Positions 25,695 to 37,363 of a stretch of 64,000 bases of DNA are shown here, one piece after another (the stretch's first letter is position 1; every line of letters begins with the position of its first letter). Below the pieces are notes generated by a model, which saw nothing but the letters and a program-made list of their open reading frames with translations, made no database searches and was not told the DNA's origin. The translations under genes were made by a program, and so were the position numbers. This stretch comes from an uncultured Bacteroidales bacterium (GTDB taxonomy: Bacteria > Bacteroidota > Bacteroidia > Bacteroidales > FEN-979): assembly GCA_963800585.1 (NCBI GenBank), contig CAWDBP010000008.1, positions 146,104-210,103 on the forward strand, read 5' to 3'.

Positions 25695-25699
25695 AAAGA

Positions 25700-27106
25700 A
25701 TGTCAGAAGAAGTTGACAAGAAAACAGTGTTTTCATTAATTGAAGTGACCCGGAGTATTCAGAAAACACTTTCGGAAAGATATACCAGTTCATTTTGGGT
25801 CAAAGCCGAGATGAGCAAATTAAACTATTATAGCCATTCCGGTCATTGTTACCCTGACCTGATTGAGAAACAGGAAGGGAAAATAATTGCCCAGGTTAAA
25901 TCACACCTTTGGAAGGAAGATTATAATGCCATTAATGAGAAATTTTTAAAGGTTATCCATGAACCCTTAAAAGAGGGTATTAAAATTTTGTTCCTTGCCA
26001 GGATATCATTTGATCCTATTTATGGCCTTGCTTTGCGGATAATCGATATTGATCCTGACTTTACTTTAGGGGATTTAGAAAAAGAAAAACAGGAAACCAT
26101 AAGGAAATTAAAAGAGCAAGGGGTATTCAATAAAAATAAGATGCTTAAGGTTCCCATGTTGCTTCAGCGAATAGCAATTATTTCTGTGGAAACAAGCAAA
26201 GGCTATGCCGACTTTATAAATGTACTTGACACTAACCCCTGGAAGTATAAATTCTTCCATTATCTATTTCCTTCACTTTTACAAGGAGAAAAAGCTGTCG
26301 AGTCTATTACCTGGCAGCTTGAAAGGATTAAAAAGGTTATTGATCACTTTGATGTAGTTGCTATTATCCGGGGTGGAGGAGGAGATATCGGGCTATCCTG
26401 TTTTAATAACTTCGAACTTGTAAAAGAAGTCGCGTTATTTCCGATTCCTGTTATTACTGGAATCGGACATACAACGAATGAGACGGTGGTTGAAATGATT
26501 TCCTATACCAATGCAATTACGCCGACAAAGATCGCAGAAAACCTTCTTCAACTGTTTCACAACTTTTCAGTACCGGTTCATAAAGCTGAAGAAAAGGTCA
26601 TTGAGAAGTCAAAAAGGATCATTGCTGATGAGAAAGGAAAACTTCATGCCGAAGTCAAACTGTTTCGTTCTGTCACAGAAAATATACTTATAGAACATCG
26701 AAACCAGATTAAGAGACAGGTTCAGCGTATACAGCAGTACTCCGTATTCCTTTTAAAGATGCAGAAAGAATACATTGGCAACCTTATTAATAATACCAAA
26801 GGTGGAGTCAATACTTTGTATGTTACTATGAACTCTGAAATCAAGCACATTACATTTAATCTGAAAAAAGACAGTTTGGTTCAACTCAGCCGGATTAAAA
26901 TGCTATTAAAAGGCCTTGAAAACAATCTTGTCAATATGAGTCCCCGGAAGGTTCTTAAAAGAGGTTACAGCATAACTCTGGTGAATGGAATATCAATAAA
27001 AAATATCAAGCAGGTAAAAGAGAATGAAATCATAGAAACGATAGTGTTTGACGGAATAATAAACAGTGTGGTAAAATCAACAAAAAAACAAAAACATAAT
27101 GAGTGA
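25700..27106 (+). CDS. xseA: Exodeoxyribonuclease VII large subunit (probable start 25700)
   Basis: FWVKAE, SGHCY, IRGGG, PVITGIGH, TPT, VLKRGYS. Confidence 0.93.
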   Translation: MSEEVDKKTVFSLIEVTRSIQKTLSERYTSSFWVKAEMSKLNYYSHSGHCYPDLIEKQEGKIIAQVKSHLWKEDYNAINEKFLKVIHEPLKEGIKILFLARISFDPIYGLALRIIDIDPDFTLGDLEKEKQETIRKLKEQGVFNKNKMLKVPMLLQRIAIISVETSKGYADFINVLDTNPWKYKFFHYLFPSLLQGEKAVESITWQLERIKKVIDHFDVVAIIRGGGGDIGLSCFNNFELVKEVALFPIPVITGIGHTTNETVVEMISYTNAITPTKIAENLLQLFHNFSVPVHKAEEKVIEKSKRIIADEKGKLHAEVKLFRSVTENILIEHRNQIKRQVQRIQQYSVFLLKMQKEYIGNLINNTKGGVNTLYVTMNSEIKHITFNLKKDSLVQLSRIKMLLKGLENNLVNMSPRKVLKRGYSITLVNGISIKNIKQVKENEIIETIVFDGIINSVVKSTKKQKHNE

Positions 27107-27308
27107 AACAATTAATTACACAGAAGCCTTCGAAGAATTACAAACTATTGTGAGCGAGATTGAGAAGGGCGAAATTTCGGTTGATGAGTTATCTCAAAAG
27201 GTCAAGAGAGCCTCCCATCTGATTAAAATATGTAAAACCAAACTCTCGACAACAGAGGAAGACGTAAATAAGATACTCAAAGAACTGGATACTGCAACTG
27301 AAGCATAA
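27099..27308 (+). CDS. xseB: Exodeoxyribonuclease VII small subunit
   Basis: Y.EAFEELQ.IV.EIE.G+ISVDEL...C..KL; overlaps xseA. Confidence 0.93.
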   Translation: MSETINYTEAFEELQTIVSEIEKGEISVDELSQKVKRASHLIKICKTKLSTTEEDVNKILKELDTATEA

Positions 27309-27415
27309 GTCACTGGTTAAAGAATCCGTTGATTTTTGAACTTTGAAAAGAAACAATTTTGTTTATTTTTGCAAGGATCAAATCCCTGAGTAATTAACCC
27401 TTAACAAATTTAGTT

Positions 27416-29106
27416 ATGTTTAAAGGACATCCTAAAGGACTTTTTGTGGCGTTCTTCACCAACATGGGTGAGCGGTTTGGCTTTTACACCATGATCGCCA
27501 TATTAGCTTTATTTATCCAGGCGAAATTCGGTTTCGATTCAACCCGTGTAAGTTTGATATATGGGATATTCATGGCCATGCTTTATGGCCTTCCAATACT
27601 CGGTGGCCTGATGGCAGATAAATGGCTCGGTTACGGGAAGACAATCAGTTTCGGTATAATTGTTATGTTTCTTGGGTACCTGCTTTTGTCCATTCCATCA
27701 GCTCATGGGGAAGGTCTGGGCCTTGTCATCTGTGCCCTTGGAGTGGTTGCACTGGGAACAGGACTTTTCAAAGGGAACCTCCAGGCGCTTGTGGGTAATC
27801 TTTATGATGATCCGAAATACAGCGCTGTCAGGGACCGGGCATTTAACATTTTTTATATGGGGATTAACATCGGTGCAATGTTTGCTCCGACAGCCGCAGA
27901 GAAGGTTAGTAACTGGATCCTCAGTACATACCATTACACATATGATGCGAACATTCCAGCGCTTGCAAATAATTGCCTGACAGGGAACCTGATAGACCCA
28001 TCTGCTTACCTTGTTATTGCCCAACACCAGGATGCATCCGTGACCCTTACCACACTTCAGCAATTCTCGACCAATTATCTTGATGCCCTTGGTAAATCAT
28101 ATCATTATGCCTTTAGTGTTGCCTGTCTCAGCCTTATCATCTCCATGCTTATTTTCTGGATCTTCAGGAAACATTACAAACAAGCCGATCTGACAGAAAA
28201 GCAAAAATCAAAAAGCCAGGACTACAAAGCACAGGTTATAGAACTGACTCCAAAGCAGATCCGTGAGCGTTTAATTGCATTATTCCTGGTCTTCTTCGTT
28301 GTGATATTTCTTCTGGATGTCGTTTCAACAGAATGGGCTTTGCATGACATTCTTTGCACGGGATTACACACAACCCACAGTTGGGAAATTCACTAACCTG
28401 TTTTTCGATTTATTCGGATTGCTATCCATCTTCATTTCAGTAATTGGATTTGTTTACCTGGTGAAAAAAGGAAGCTCAGCTACCGCAAGGATTATCGGTG
28501 GCGTTGTTTTTGCCGGTTTTGCTGTTGTTGCAATTTTCAGGTATATGGGGTACCAGGATGTCAATCCCTTTACTCCTCAGAAATTCCAGCATTTCAATCC
28601 TTTCTTCATTGTGGCACTGACCCCGCTTATAATAGGGGTATTCGCCTGGTTAACAAACGAGGTAAAGAACCATCAGCTCCACGAAAGATAGGCTACGGGA
28701 TGCTTATCACTGCTATTGCTTTCTGCATACTTATTTTCGCTTCGATCGGCATGCCGAGTCCACATTCATTGAAACTATTGGGACGAACAGTAGCACCCCC
28801 GATGTGTTGGTCTCTCCTTATTTCCTGGTGGTTACTTATTTCATTCTGACCATTGCAGAATTATTTTTGAGCCCAATGGGAATATCATTTGTTTCTAAAG
28901 TAGCTCCGCCCAAATACAAAGGAACCATGCAGGGTGGTTGGTTTGCCGCCACAGGTATTGGCAATTTCCTTCTCTTTGTGGGAGGATGGATGTGGGGCTT
29001 TATGCCCTTATGGGGCTTATGGCTGGTTTTGGTAATTGCCTGCCTGCTCTCCGCGCTCTTTATCTTCTCGGTTATGAAAAGACTGGAACGGGTGACAACG
29101 GGTTAA
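27416..29106 (+). CDS. POT/PTR-family di/tripeptide:H+ symporter, split by about 3 frameshifts (near 28308, 28655, 28800); probably sequencing errors
   Basis: GHPKGL, ERFGFY, GTGLFKGN, FYMGINIG; FQHFNP in a second frame; KEPSAPRKIG in a third; ELFLSP.G+SFVSKVAP in the last. Confidence 0.85.
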
Positions 29107-30197
29107 TCTTCGTTCACGTGTTGTAAATCGAAGGGTACGCCTATTTTAGCACCTTCCCTGATCAGGTCTTCTACAATTGGTTTCACGAGAGGAACTCCAT
29201 GTTCGCGGTTAAACTTTTCGTATTCAAATTCCTTTTCTCCGGCTACCAGGATTTCCTCACGGCCAACTGCCAGTGGTGAACTCTTCAACAGCTTTATCAT
29301 GTCGTCCATTTGATTCCTGAAGTCGAAGACCGGTCTGAACGAATCAATATTAACTGCCATGAAGAAATGCGATACGCAGGTAGGATCTGGCTTACCAGGT
29401 GACCCTACAAGACCGAGATAACATCCACCGGATAAAGCCGAACAGAAGATCTCAACCAGAACAGCCAACCCATACCCTTTGTATCCTGCCGTAATTTCCA
29501 TGCCACCGAGTGGAAGCAGGGCACCATGTCCACCAGGTTTTATTTTTGTCGGATCGCTGGTGGGCTGTCCTTCTTCATCAACACCCCAACCGATTGGAAT
29601 GGGTTCATTAAGTTTTTCATGCAACTGGATTTTCCCATATGCCACTGCACTGGTGGCCATGTCGAGGACAAAAGGATGTGCTGTATTAGTTGGAGCTGCC
29701 AGGCTTATAGGGTTGGTTCCGAGAACGGCAGTCCTTCCATAAGTAGGAGCAACGAGTGGCTGTGAATTGGTGAAGCTCAACCCGAGCATATTGTGTTCAA
29801 GAGCCATCATCGCATAATAACCTGCAATACCATAGTGGTTGCTTTTCTTGACAGAAATTGCTGCGATTCCGGCTGTTTTTGCTTTTTCGATGCACATTTC
29901 CATCGCCTTTTTGGAAACAACCTGCCCACATCCATTTCCGCCATCGATCAAAGCTGTTGAAGGGGTTTCGTGAATAATTTTATAAGGTGTCAACGGATTG
30001 ATATACCCTTTCTGAATGCGACTGCCATAATAAGAGGCAAGACGGATCAGTCCGTGCGATTCGACCCCGCGCAGATCGGCAGAGACCAGAACATCACCAA
30101 CAATTGCCGCATCTTCAGCCGGAACGCCCATTTTTGTCATGTACCGGATCACGAAACCGATCAGGTCTTCTTTTTTGTATCTCAGTATTGTTTCCAT
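29103..30197 (-). CDS. Ldh_2 (type 2 malate/L-lactate dehydrogenase, ComC/YbiC-like) oxidoreductase
   Basis: ADLRGVESHG, DG.NG.G, SNHYG, GTNPI, DMATS, GYKGYGL. Confidence 0.92.
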   Translation of the reverse strand: METILRYKKEDLIGFVIRYMTKMGVPAEDAAIVGDVLVSADLRGVESHGLIRLASYYGSRIQKGYINPLTPYKIIHETPSTALIDGGNGCGQVVSKKAMEMCIEKAKTAGIAAISVKKSNHYGIAGYYAMMALEHNMLGLSFTNSQPLVAPTYGRTAVLGTNPISLAAPTNTAHPFVLDMATSAVAYGKIQLHEKLNEPIPIGWGVDEEGQPTSDPTKIKPGGHGALLPLGGMEITAGYKGYGLAVLVEIFCSALSGGCYLGLVGSPGKPDPTCVSHFFMAVNIDSFRPVFDFRNQMDDMIKLLKSSPLAVGREEILVAGEKEFEYEKFNREHGVPLVKPIVEDLIREGAKIGVPFDLQHVNED

Positions 30198-30220
30198 TTA
30201 AAATAAATATGAAAGATAAA

Positions 30221-31453
30221 TTATGAATTATGAATGATAGGATTTGAATTAGTGTTCAGAACGTAATTTTCGACTACCCATTTGGCAAAGGGGAAACTGC
30301 TTGTAAAAGCAGGGGAAACTGCATTCAGCACATGGATCGAGGAATCGTCTCCTTCCACGACAAAGTCCTGCACAAGTTCCAGCGTTTTTTTGTTCATTAA
30401 CTGAGCACGAATACCGGGTTTACTCCATTCCGTGAAACCTGATTTATCAATGCTGTGCACCAGCTTTGCAGCCAGTCTGACAAAGAAAGATTTGTTATAT
30501 TTCCTGACCTCTTCAAAGGCCAGGCTTCTGAAACCGAATGCATTGGTGAGAAAGAGACGACTTTCCCATCCAAGAATATTTGTCATTTCACCCCCCTTGA
30601 AATTGGCCATCCCTTTATAGTTCTCTCTCCAGAAAGCCGGAATGGAGGTCGGCCCGATCTTGATGGTTCCATCCACAGTAATCGTATAATGAACCCCAAG
30701 GAAAGGATTCTTAAGATTGGGTACAGGGTAAATATTAGTCTTGATGGGCTTGTCTTTTTTTGTGTATTTCAGATAAATGCCTTTAAAGGGGATGATGGTA
30801 AAATCTTTCGAAAAATTGAAATCCCTGGCGATTTTATCAGCATAAAGTCCTGCTGCATTAATGATCTTTCTTGCAGTAATGACCAACCCGCTTAATGTCC
30901 TCACAGCATCTGAACCTTCCCTGCATTTGTACCCGTCGTTAAAGATAAAGTTTACCCCTTTATTTTTCAATTCATTTTTAATGGCCATATTGACTTCTGT
31001 CGGATCGACGGTTGCAGTATTCGGTGAAAAAAGAGCGTAACGGAAAGTTTTTGCGTTAGGGTCGATGGCTTTCAGCTCTTCTTCTGTAATGATCGAAACA
31101 TCGACACCATTCTTTTTTCCCCTTCTGTCCAGCTCGTAAAGTGATTCCAACTCTGATTCGTCCTTGGCAACAACGACTTTTTTACACTCGTTCAATTTCA
31201 GGTTGTTCTGCCTGCAATATTCTTTCATCTGGATATTTCCATCACGGGTGAACTTCGCTTTCAGGGAATCAGCCGAATAATAAAACCCGGCATGTAAAAC
31301 CCCACTGTTCCGTCCACTACTGTGATATGCAACATCCGGTTCCTTTTCAATGATCAGTATCTCCGCATCCGGATACCGTGATCTCAATTCCCTTGCAATT
31401 GCCAATCCAATAATTCCTGCACCGATGATCAGGTAATCTGCTTTTTTATTCAT
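30221..31453 (-). CDS. lhgO: L-2-hydroxyglutarate oxidase/dehydrogenase
   Basis: IGAGIIG, HSSGRNSGVLHAG.YY, IYPVP...PFLGVH, GIRAQ, LNAVSPA. Confidence 0.9.
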   Translation of the reverse strand: MNKKADYLIIGAGIIGLAIARELRSRYPDAEILIIEKEPDVAYHSSGRNSGVLHAGFYYSADSLKAKFTRDGNIQMKEYCRQNNLKLNECKKVVVAKDESELESLYELDRRGKKNGVDVSIITEEELKAIDPNAKTFRYALFSPNTATVDPTEVNMAIKNELKNKGVNFIFNDGYKCREGSDAVRTLSGLVITARKIINAAGLYADKIARDFNFSKDFTIIPFKGIYLKYTKKDKPIKTNIYPVPNLKNPFLGVHYTITVDGTIKIGPTSIPAFWRENYKGMANFKGGEMTNILGWESRLFLTNAFGFRSLAFEEVRKYNKSFFVRLAAKLVHSIDKSGFTEWSKPGIRAQLMNKKTLELVQDFVVEGDDSSIHVLNAVSPAFTSSFPFAKWVVENYVLNTNSNPIIHNS

Positions 31454-31668
31454 TCTTCGATATATGTAAATATGTGCCAAAAATACAAAAAATCCCGTTC
31501 GTGGGTATTTATGTATTTATAATAATTTCGTTTCCTTCATCTGCCTTAGTGTGATTTTTTCTGAATGTTAATAAACGTTAAAAAGCTCAATCATTGAGAC
31601 TAAGTATTAAATTTGTAAGATATTCAGAAATTAATTATGTGAATTGGTACATTCTAAAAAGGTTACTT

Positions 31669-32815
31669 ATGGATTTCGAATTCACAGAAGAACAGAAAAT
31701 GATCCGGCAATCAGCGCGGGATTATGCACAGCGCGAGCTGATCAAGGATGTCATCGAACGGGATACAAAAGCCGAATACCCGGCGCATCATGTTAAAGGC
31801 ACTCGCAGAACTTGGCTTTATGGGAATGCTTGTTGATACAAAGTATGACGGGGGTGGCATGGATACTGTTTCTTATGTGCTTGCGATGGAGGAAATTTCA
31901 AAGGTCGATTCCTCCGTTTCTGTGATCATGTCTGTGAACAATTCATTGGTATGTTATGGGATCGAGGAGTTTGGTACAGAGGAACAGAAAGAAAAGTTCC
32001 TGAAACCGCTTGGCACGCGGTGAAAAGATCAGGGGCTTTCCTGCTTGTCGGAGCCGAATGCAGGATCGGATGCCACTTCACAAAAAACACTGGCCATCGA
32101 CAAAGGAGATCATTACCTCGTAAATGGAACAAAAAACTGGATCACCAACGGGAATAGCGCTTATACTTATATCCTGATAGCGCAGACGAATCCGGAAAAA
32201 GGACATAAAGGTATCAATGCATTAATCATTGACCGTCATGCACCGGGTATTTCGCTTGGACCTCATGAAGACAAAATGGGTATGCGAAGTTCCGATACCC
32301 ATTCTGTAATGTTCACTGATGTGAAAGTTCCGAAAGAAAACAGGTTGGGTGAAGATGGTTTTGGATTTAAGTTCGCGATGAAAACACTTGAAGGGGGACG
32401 CATCGGCATTGCTGCGCAGGCATTGGGTATTGCTTCCGGGGCTTATGAACGCGCCCTGAAATATGCAAAAGAAAGAAAAGCATTTGGAACGGAGATCATC
32501 AATCATCAGGCCATCGCTTTTAAACTGGCTGAAATGCATACCCGTATTGAAGCTGCAAGATATTTCTGCCTGAATGCCGCCTGGTTGAAAGACCAGGGTC
32601 AACCTTATGGAACAGCAAGTGCGATGGCCAAATATTATGCAGCTGAGACCGCGATGTATGTTACCACTGAAGCTGTTCAGATCCATGGCGGGTATGGCTA
32701 TGTAAAGGAATACCATGTGGAACGTCTGATGCGTGAAGCAAAGTTGACACAGATCTATGAAGGGACGTCCGAGATCCAGCAAATGATAATCTCCAGGGCA
32801 ATCATGAATGACTAA
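31669..32815 (+). CDS. Short/branched-chain acyl-CoA dehydrogenase, split by single-base insertions (about 31798 and 32012-32041)
   Basis: MDFEFTEEQKMIR; SEPNAGSDA, NGTKNWITN, GRIGIAAQALG, QIHGGYGY, IYEGTSEIQ. Confidence 0.9.
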
Positions 32816-32826
32816 ACATTTGATGG

Positions 32827-35800
32827 ATGCAGGTACCGGAAAGTTATCAGCCTAAAAACCCTATCCGCATTGTCACGGCTGCCTCCCTTTTCGACGGGCA
32901 CGATGCAGCAATCAATATCATGCGGAGGATCCTCCAGGCAAGTGGCGCTGAAGTGATCCACCTTGGTCATGACCGTTCGGTGCAGGAAGTGGTTGAATGT
33001 GCAATTCAGGAAGATGTGCAGGCCATTGCCATGACTTCTTACCAGGGAGGCCACATGGAATATTTTAAATACATGTATGACCTGCTTCATGAGAAGGGAT
33101 GCGGGCATATAAAGATCTTTGCTGGTGGAGGAGGAGTCATCCTCCCGCATGAGATCAAAGAATTGCATGAATACGGTATAACCAGGATTTATTCTCCTGA
33201 CGACGGCAGAAAGATGAGTCTTGCAGGGAATGATCAACAATTTACTTGAATTATGTGATTTCCCACTTGGAAAGTTAACTTCAGGCCATCATGATCTTAA
33301 AAAGAAAGAAAACAGGATCATCGCAAACCTGATCACCGCAGCTGAGAATTTTCCCAAGGAAGCAAGGCCATTCCTTGAAAAGACTGAAAAGCTTGCAATG
33401 AAAAGCAGAATCCCTGTTTTGGGAATTACCGGTACCGGAGGTTCCGGAAAATCCTCCCTGGTAGACGAGATTGTGCGAAGGTTCCTTACTGATTTCCCAA
33501 AAAAAACATTGGGCATTATTTCCATCGATCCCACTAAACGAAAAACCGGAGGAGCATTGCTTGGGGACAGGATCCGGATGAATTCGATTTTCAATGAGCG
33601 TGTTTATGTGCGTTCGTTGGCCACACGACAATCGAATCTTGCACTATCAAAATATGTCAGGGATGCAATCAATGTCCTTAAAGCAGCCGGTTATGACTTG
33701 GTGATCGTTGAAACTTCCGGTATTGGACAATCAGATACAGAAATTGTCGATCACAGCGATCTCACTTTATATGTGATGACCCCGGAATATGGAGCTGCAA
33801 GTCAACTTGAAAAAATCGACATGCTCGACTTTGCCGACCTCGTTGCGATCAATAAATTTGATAAACGAGGGGCATTAGATGCATTAAGGGATGTAAAGAA
33901 ACAGTACCAGCGTAACCACAAGCTTTTCGGAGCAGAACCGGATAGTATGCCTGTATATGGAACTACGGCTTCCCAATTCAATGATCCGGGCGTTAACGAA
34001 CTTTATAAAGCTCTGATCTCAAAAATACACGAAAAGACCGGTATTGCATTGACCAGCCATTTTAAAGGTCGTGATGTAATGACGAAGAAGATCTTTATCA
34101 TCCCTCCTTCACGCACCCGTTATCTTGCTGAGATTGTCGAAACTATAAGGAATTACAATCAATGGGTAGATGACCAGTCAGATATTGCCCAACAGCTTTA
34201 TGCAATCAACAAGACCATTGAGGCAATTCAGCATTCTCCTGAAATTCCGGTGGATGAAACCTCTTCCAAATCAGGAAACAGGACAGGGACAATGTTGGAG
34301 TTACATCTTCTTTATGAGAAAACATTTAAAAAATTAGATCCTTCAAACAACGATATTCTTGAAAGCTGGGAAGATAAGATCAAATCGTATAAGAAAGATA
34401 CATACACTTATAAGGTCAGAGGAAAAGAAATTCAGGTTGGAACGCATTCCGAGTCGCTTTCTCATCTGAGAATCCCTAAAATATCATTTCCAAAGTACAC
34501 GGCTTGGGGGGATATCCTGAGGTGGAACCTGAAAGAGAATGTCCCCGGTGAATTTCCTTATGCAGCAGGTGTTTTCCCTTTCAAACGACAGGAAGAAGAT
34601 CCCACCAGGATGTTCGCCGGAGAAGGTGGTCCTGAGCGTACAAACAAAAGGTTTCACTATCTTTCATCAGGGATGTCATCGGTAAGACTATCCACTGCCT
34701 ATGATTCAGTTACATTATATGGCCATGATCCTGGCAGGCGGCCTGATATTTATGGAAAGATCGGCAATTCAGGGGTTTCTATTTCCTGTCTGGATGATGC
34801 CAAAAAACTTTATTCAGGGTTCAATTTGTTGAATCCGAGTACTTCTGTATCCATGACCATCAATGGTCCGGCACCTGCAATGGTAGGCTATTTCATGAAT
34901 ACAGCCATCGACCAGCAATGTGAGATCTATATCAAAGAAAATGGATTGGAGGAAGAGGTAGAAAAGAAAATAAATGATGATATTTAAAAAGAAAGGAACA
35001 CAAACGACCCTCATATCAGGGTGAGCTTCCGAAAGGAAATAATGGACTGGGACTGTATTTGCTTGGGTATACCGGCGACCAGTATTACCGGCAGAAGTCT
35101 ATGAAAAGATCAAAGCTGAGACCATTTGTAAAGTCAGGGGAACAGTGCAGGCAGATATCCTTAAAGAGGACCAGGCACAGAACACCTGCATCTTTTCCAC
35201 GGATTTTGCGTTGAAGATGATGGGGGATATCCAGGAATATTTCATCGATCATCAATGTCAGGAATTTTTATTCCGTTTCCATCTCCGGTTATCATATTGC
35301 CGAAGCAGGGGCCAATCCCGATCACCCAGCTTGCATTTACGTCTGGCCAACGGATTTACTTATGTAGAATATTATGTTTCAAGAGGGATGGATGTAAATA
35401 AATTTGCACCCAATCTTTCTTTCTTTTTTTCCAATGGAATTGATCCGGAGTATTCGGTGATCGGCCGTGTGGCCAGGCTGATCTGGTCGAAAGCCATGAA
35501 ATATAAATACAAGGCAGATGAGCGTTCCCAGATGCTGAAATATCATATCCAGACTTCCGGGCGTTCCCTGCATTCCCAGGAAATCGACTTTAATGATATC
35601 CGGACCACACTTCAGGCGTTATATGCTATCTATGATAATTGCAATTCCCTGCATACCAATGCTTACGATGAAGCCATCACTACTCCTACCGAAGAATCGG
35701 TCCGGCGGGCAATGGCCATCCAGATGATCATCAACCATGAACTGGGGCTGGCAAAGAATCAGAATCCCCTTCAGGGATCTTTCATTATTGAAGAACTGAC

Positions 35801-36239
35801 GGATCTAGTGGAGGAAGCGGTAATGATTGAATTTGAGCGGATTTCCGAAAGAGGCGGGGTATTGGGTGCTATGGAAACCATGTATCAGCGGGGTAAGATC
35901 CAGGAAGAATCCCTGTATTATGAAAACCTGAAAAATACCGGAAAATTCCCTATCATGGGGGTAAACACATTCCTTTCCAGTAAAGGCTCCCCTACCGTTA
36001 TTCCGGGCGAAGTGATCCGTGCTACCGAAGAGGAAAAAGAGTACCAGATTGAGATGCTCGAACAATTGCATCAGACTTATCGGAAGAATCAAAGATCAGC
36101 ATTGAAAAGCTAAAGAATGCATGCGACACAAAATCAGAATATATTTGAAGCGCTGATGGAAGCGACAAAATATTGTTCCATTGGGCAGATTACTGCTGCA
36201 CTCTTTGAAGTTGGCGGGCAGTACAGGAGAAATATGTAA
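32827..36239 (+). CDS. icmF: Fused isobutyryl-CoA mutase / MeaB-like GTPase (IcmF), split by several frameshifts
   Basis: B12 domain FDGHDAAIN; GTPase [20 protein letters not shown]; mutase [28 protein letters not shown]; C-terminus GGQYRRNM*. Confidence 0.93.
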
Positions 36240-36259
36240 CACTATAAAGTTTGATTTTT

Positions 36260-37357
36260 ATGACAACCTTCAATATTCTCGTCGTAAACCCAAAAGACCA
36301 GGAAACACAGATAGCGGTTTACCATAATTACAAATTACGATACATGATCGGCAGAAAACATACCAAGGCAGAACTTGCCGGTTTCGAAAGTATATATGAT
36401 CAGGTCCCTTTTAGAAGAGATGTGGTTCTTAAGGAATTGACAAACAATCAGTTTTCACTGGAAGATGTAAAAATTGTAATTTCCCGTGGAGGGCTGTTAC
36501 ATCCCGTGCAATCAGGGGTATATGAGGTGAATGATCAATTGAAGCATGACCTTATTCACAGTCCTGTTGGGGAGGATATCATCAATATCGGCGGACTTCT
36601 TGCCGGTGCTGTTGCTGCAGAAATCCCAGGCGCTCAGGCCATGATAGCAGATCCTACCGTTGTAGATGAACTCGAAGAGATTGCCAGGATAACTGGTGCC
36701 CCCGGAATAAAACGAAAATCAATTTTTCATGCACTGAATCAGAAAGCGGTTGGGAATCTGCATGCTGAGACCCATAAACTTAAATATGAAGAGCTGAACC
36801 TGATCATTGCACATTTGGGCAACGGTACCACTGTTGGCGCTCATCGTAAAGGAAAGGTAATCGATGTGAACCAGGGCTTTGCCGGCGACGGTCCGTTCTC
36901 TCTGATCAGGTCAGGGACCCTGCCCTTGGGTGATATCGTTGAATTATGCTTCAGCGGCACAAAGACCAAAGACGAGATAGAATGTCTTCTCACCCGTTGC
37001 GGTGGACTGAATGCTCTTCTTGGGACCACCAATATGACTGAGATCGAAACAAGAATTAAAAATGGGGATGATTATGCAAAATTAATATTGGAAGCAATGG
37101 GCTACCAGGTTGCAAAATGCATCGGAGAGATGTATGCCGTTTTGAAAGGGGATGTTGATGCGATACTGATAACCGGCGAAGTGGCTCACAGCGATATTGT
37201 CGTTCGCTTTATCCTGAATCATATTGAAAAATTTGCACCGACCTTCATCTATGCAGGTGATAATGAAATTAAAGCAATGGCAGCAAATGCAATGCGTGTT
37301 ATCAAGGGGGAAATGGTTGTAAGGGAGTATGTCCATGAAATGAATGTAAAATCGTAA
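36260..37357 (+). CDS. buk: Butyrate-kinase homolog with degenerate catalytic motifs
   Basis: RGGLL.P..SG.Y.VN, DP.VVDE, FHALNQKA, AH..G.VIDVN; but NPKDQETQ replaces NPGSTSTK. Confidence 0.8.
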   Translation: MTTFNILVVNPKDQETQIAVYHNYKLRYMIGRKHTKAELAGFESIYDQVPFRRDVVLKELTNNQFSLEDVKIVISRGGLLHPVQSGVYEVNDQLKHDLIHSPVGEDIINIGGLLAGAVAAEIPGAQAMIADPTVVDELEEIARITGAPGIKRKSIFHALNQKAVGNLHAETHKLKYEELNLIIAHLGNGTTVGAHRKGKVIDVNQGFAGDGPFSLIRSGTLPLGDIVELCFSGTKTKDEIECLLTRCGGLNALLGTTNMTEIETRIKNGDDYAKLILEAMGYQVAKCIGEMYAVLKGDVDAILITGEVAHSDIVVRFILNHIEKFAPTFIYAGDNEIKAMAANAMRVIKGEMVVREYVHEMNVKS

Positions 37358-37363
37358 ATTGAA

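Noticed and set aside
27416-36239. Many frameshifts in the POT transporter, acyl-CoA dehydrogenase and icmF, suggesting pseudogenes or programmed frameshifting
   Set aside because: They are clustered single-base indels, including three insertions within about 30 bp at 32012-32041 that restore the frame. Motifs are otherwise intact and there are no slippery-site signatures. This is typical of long-read consensus error; read mapping would confirm.
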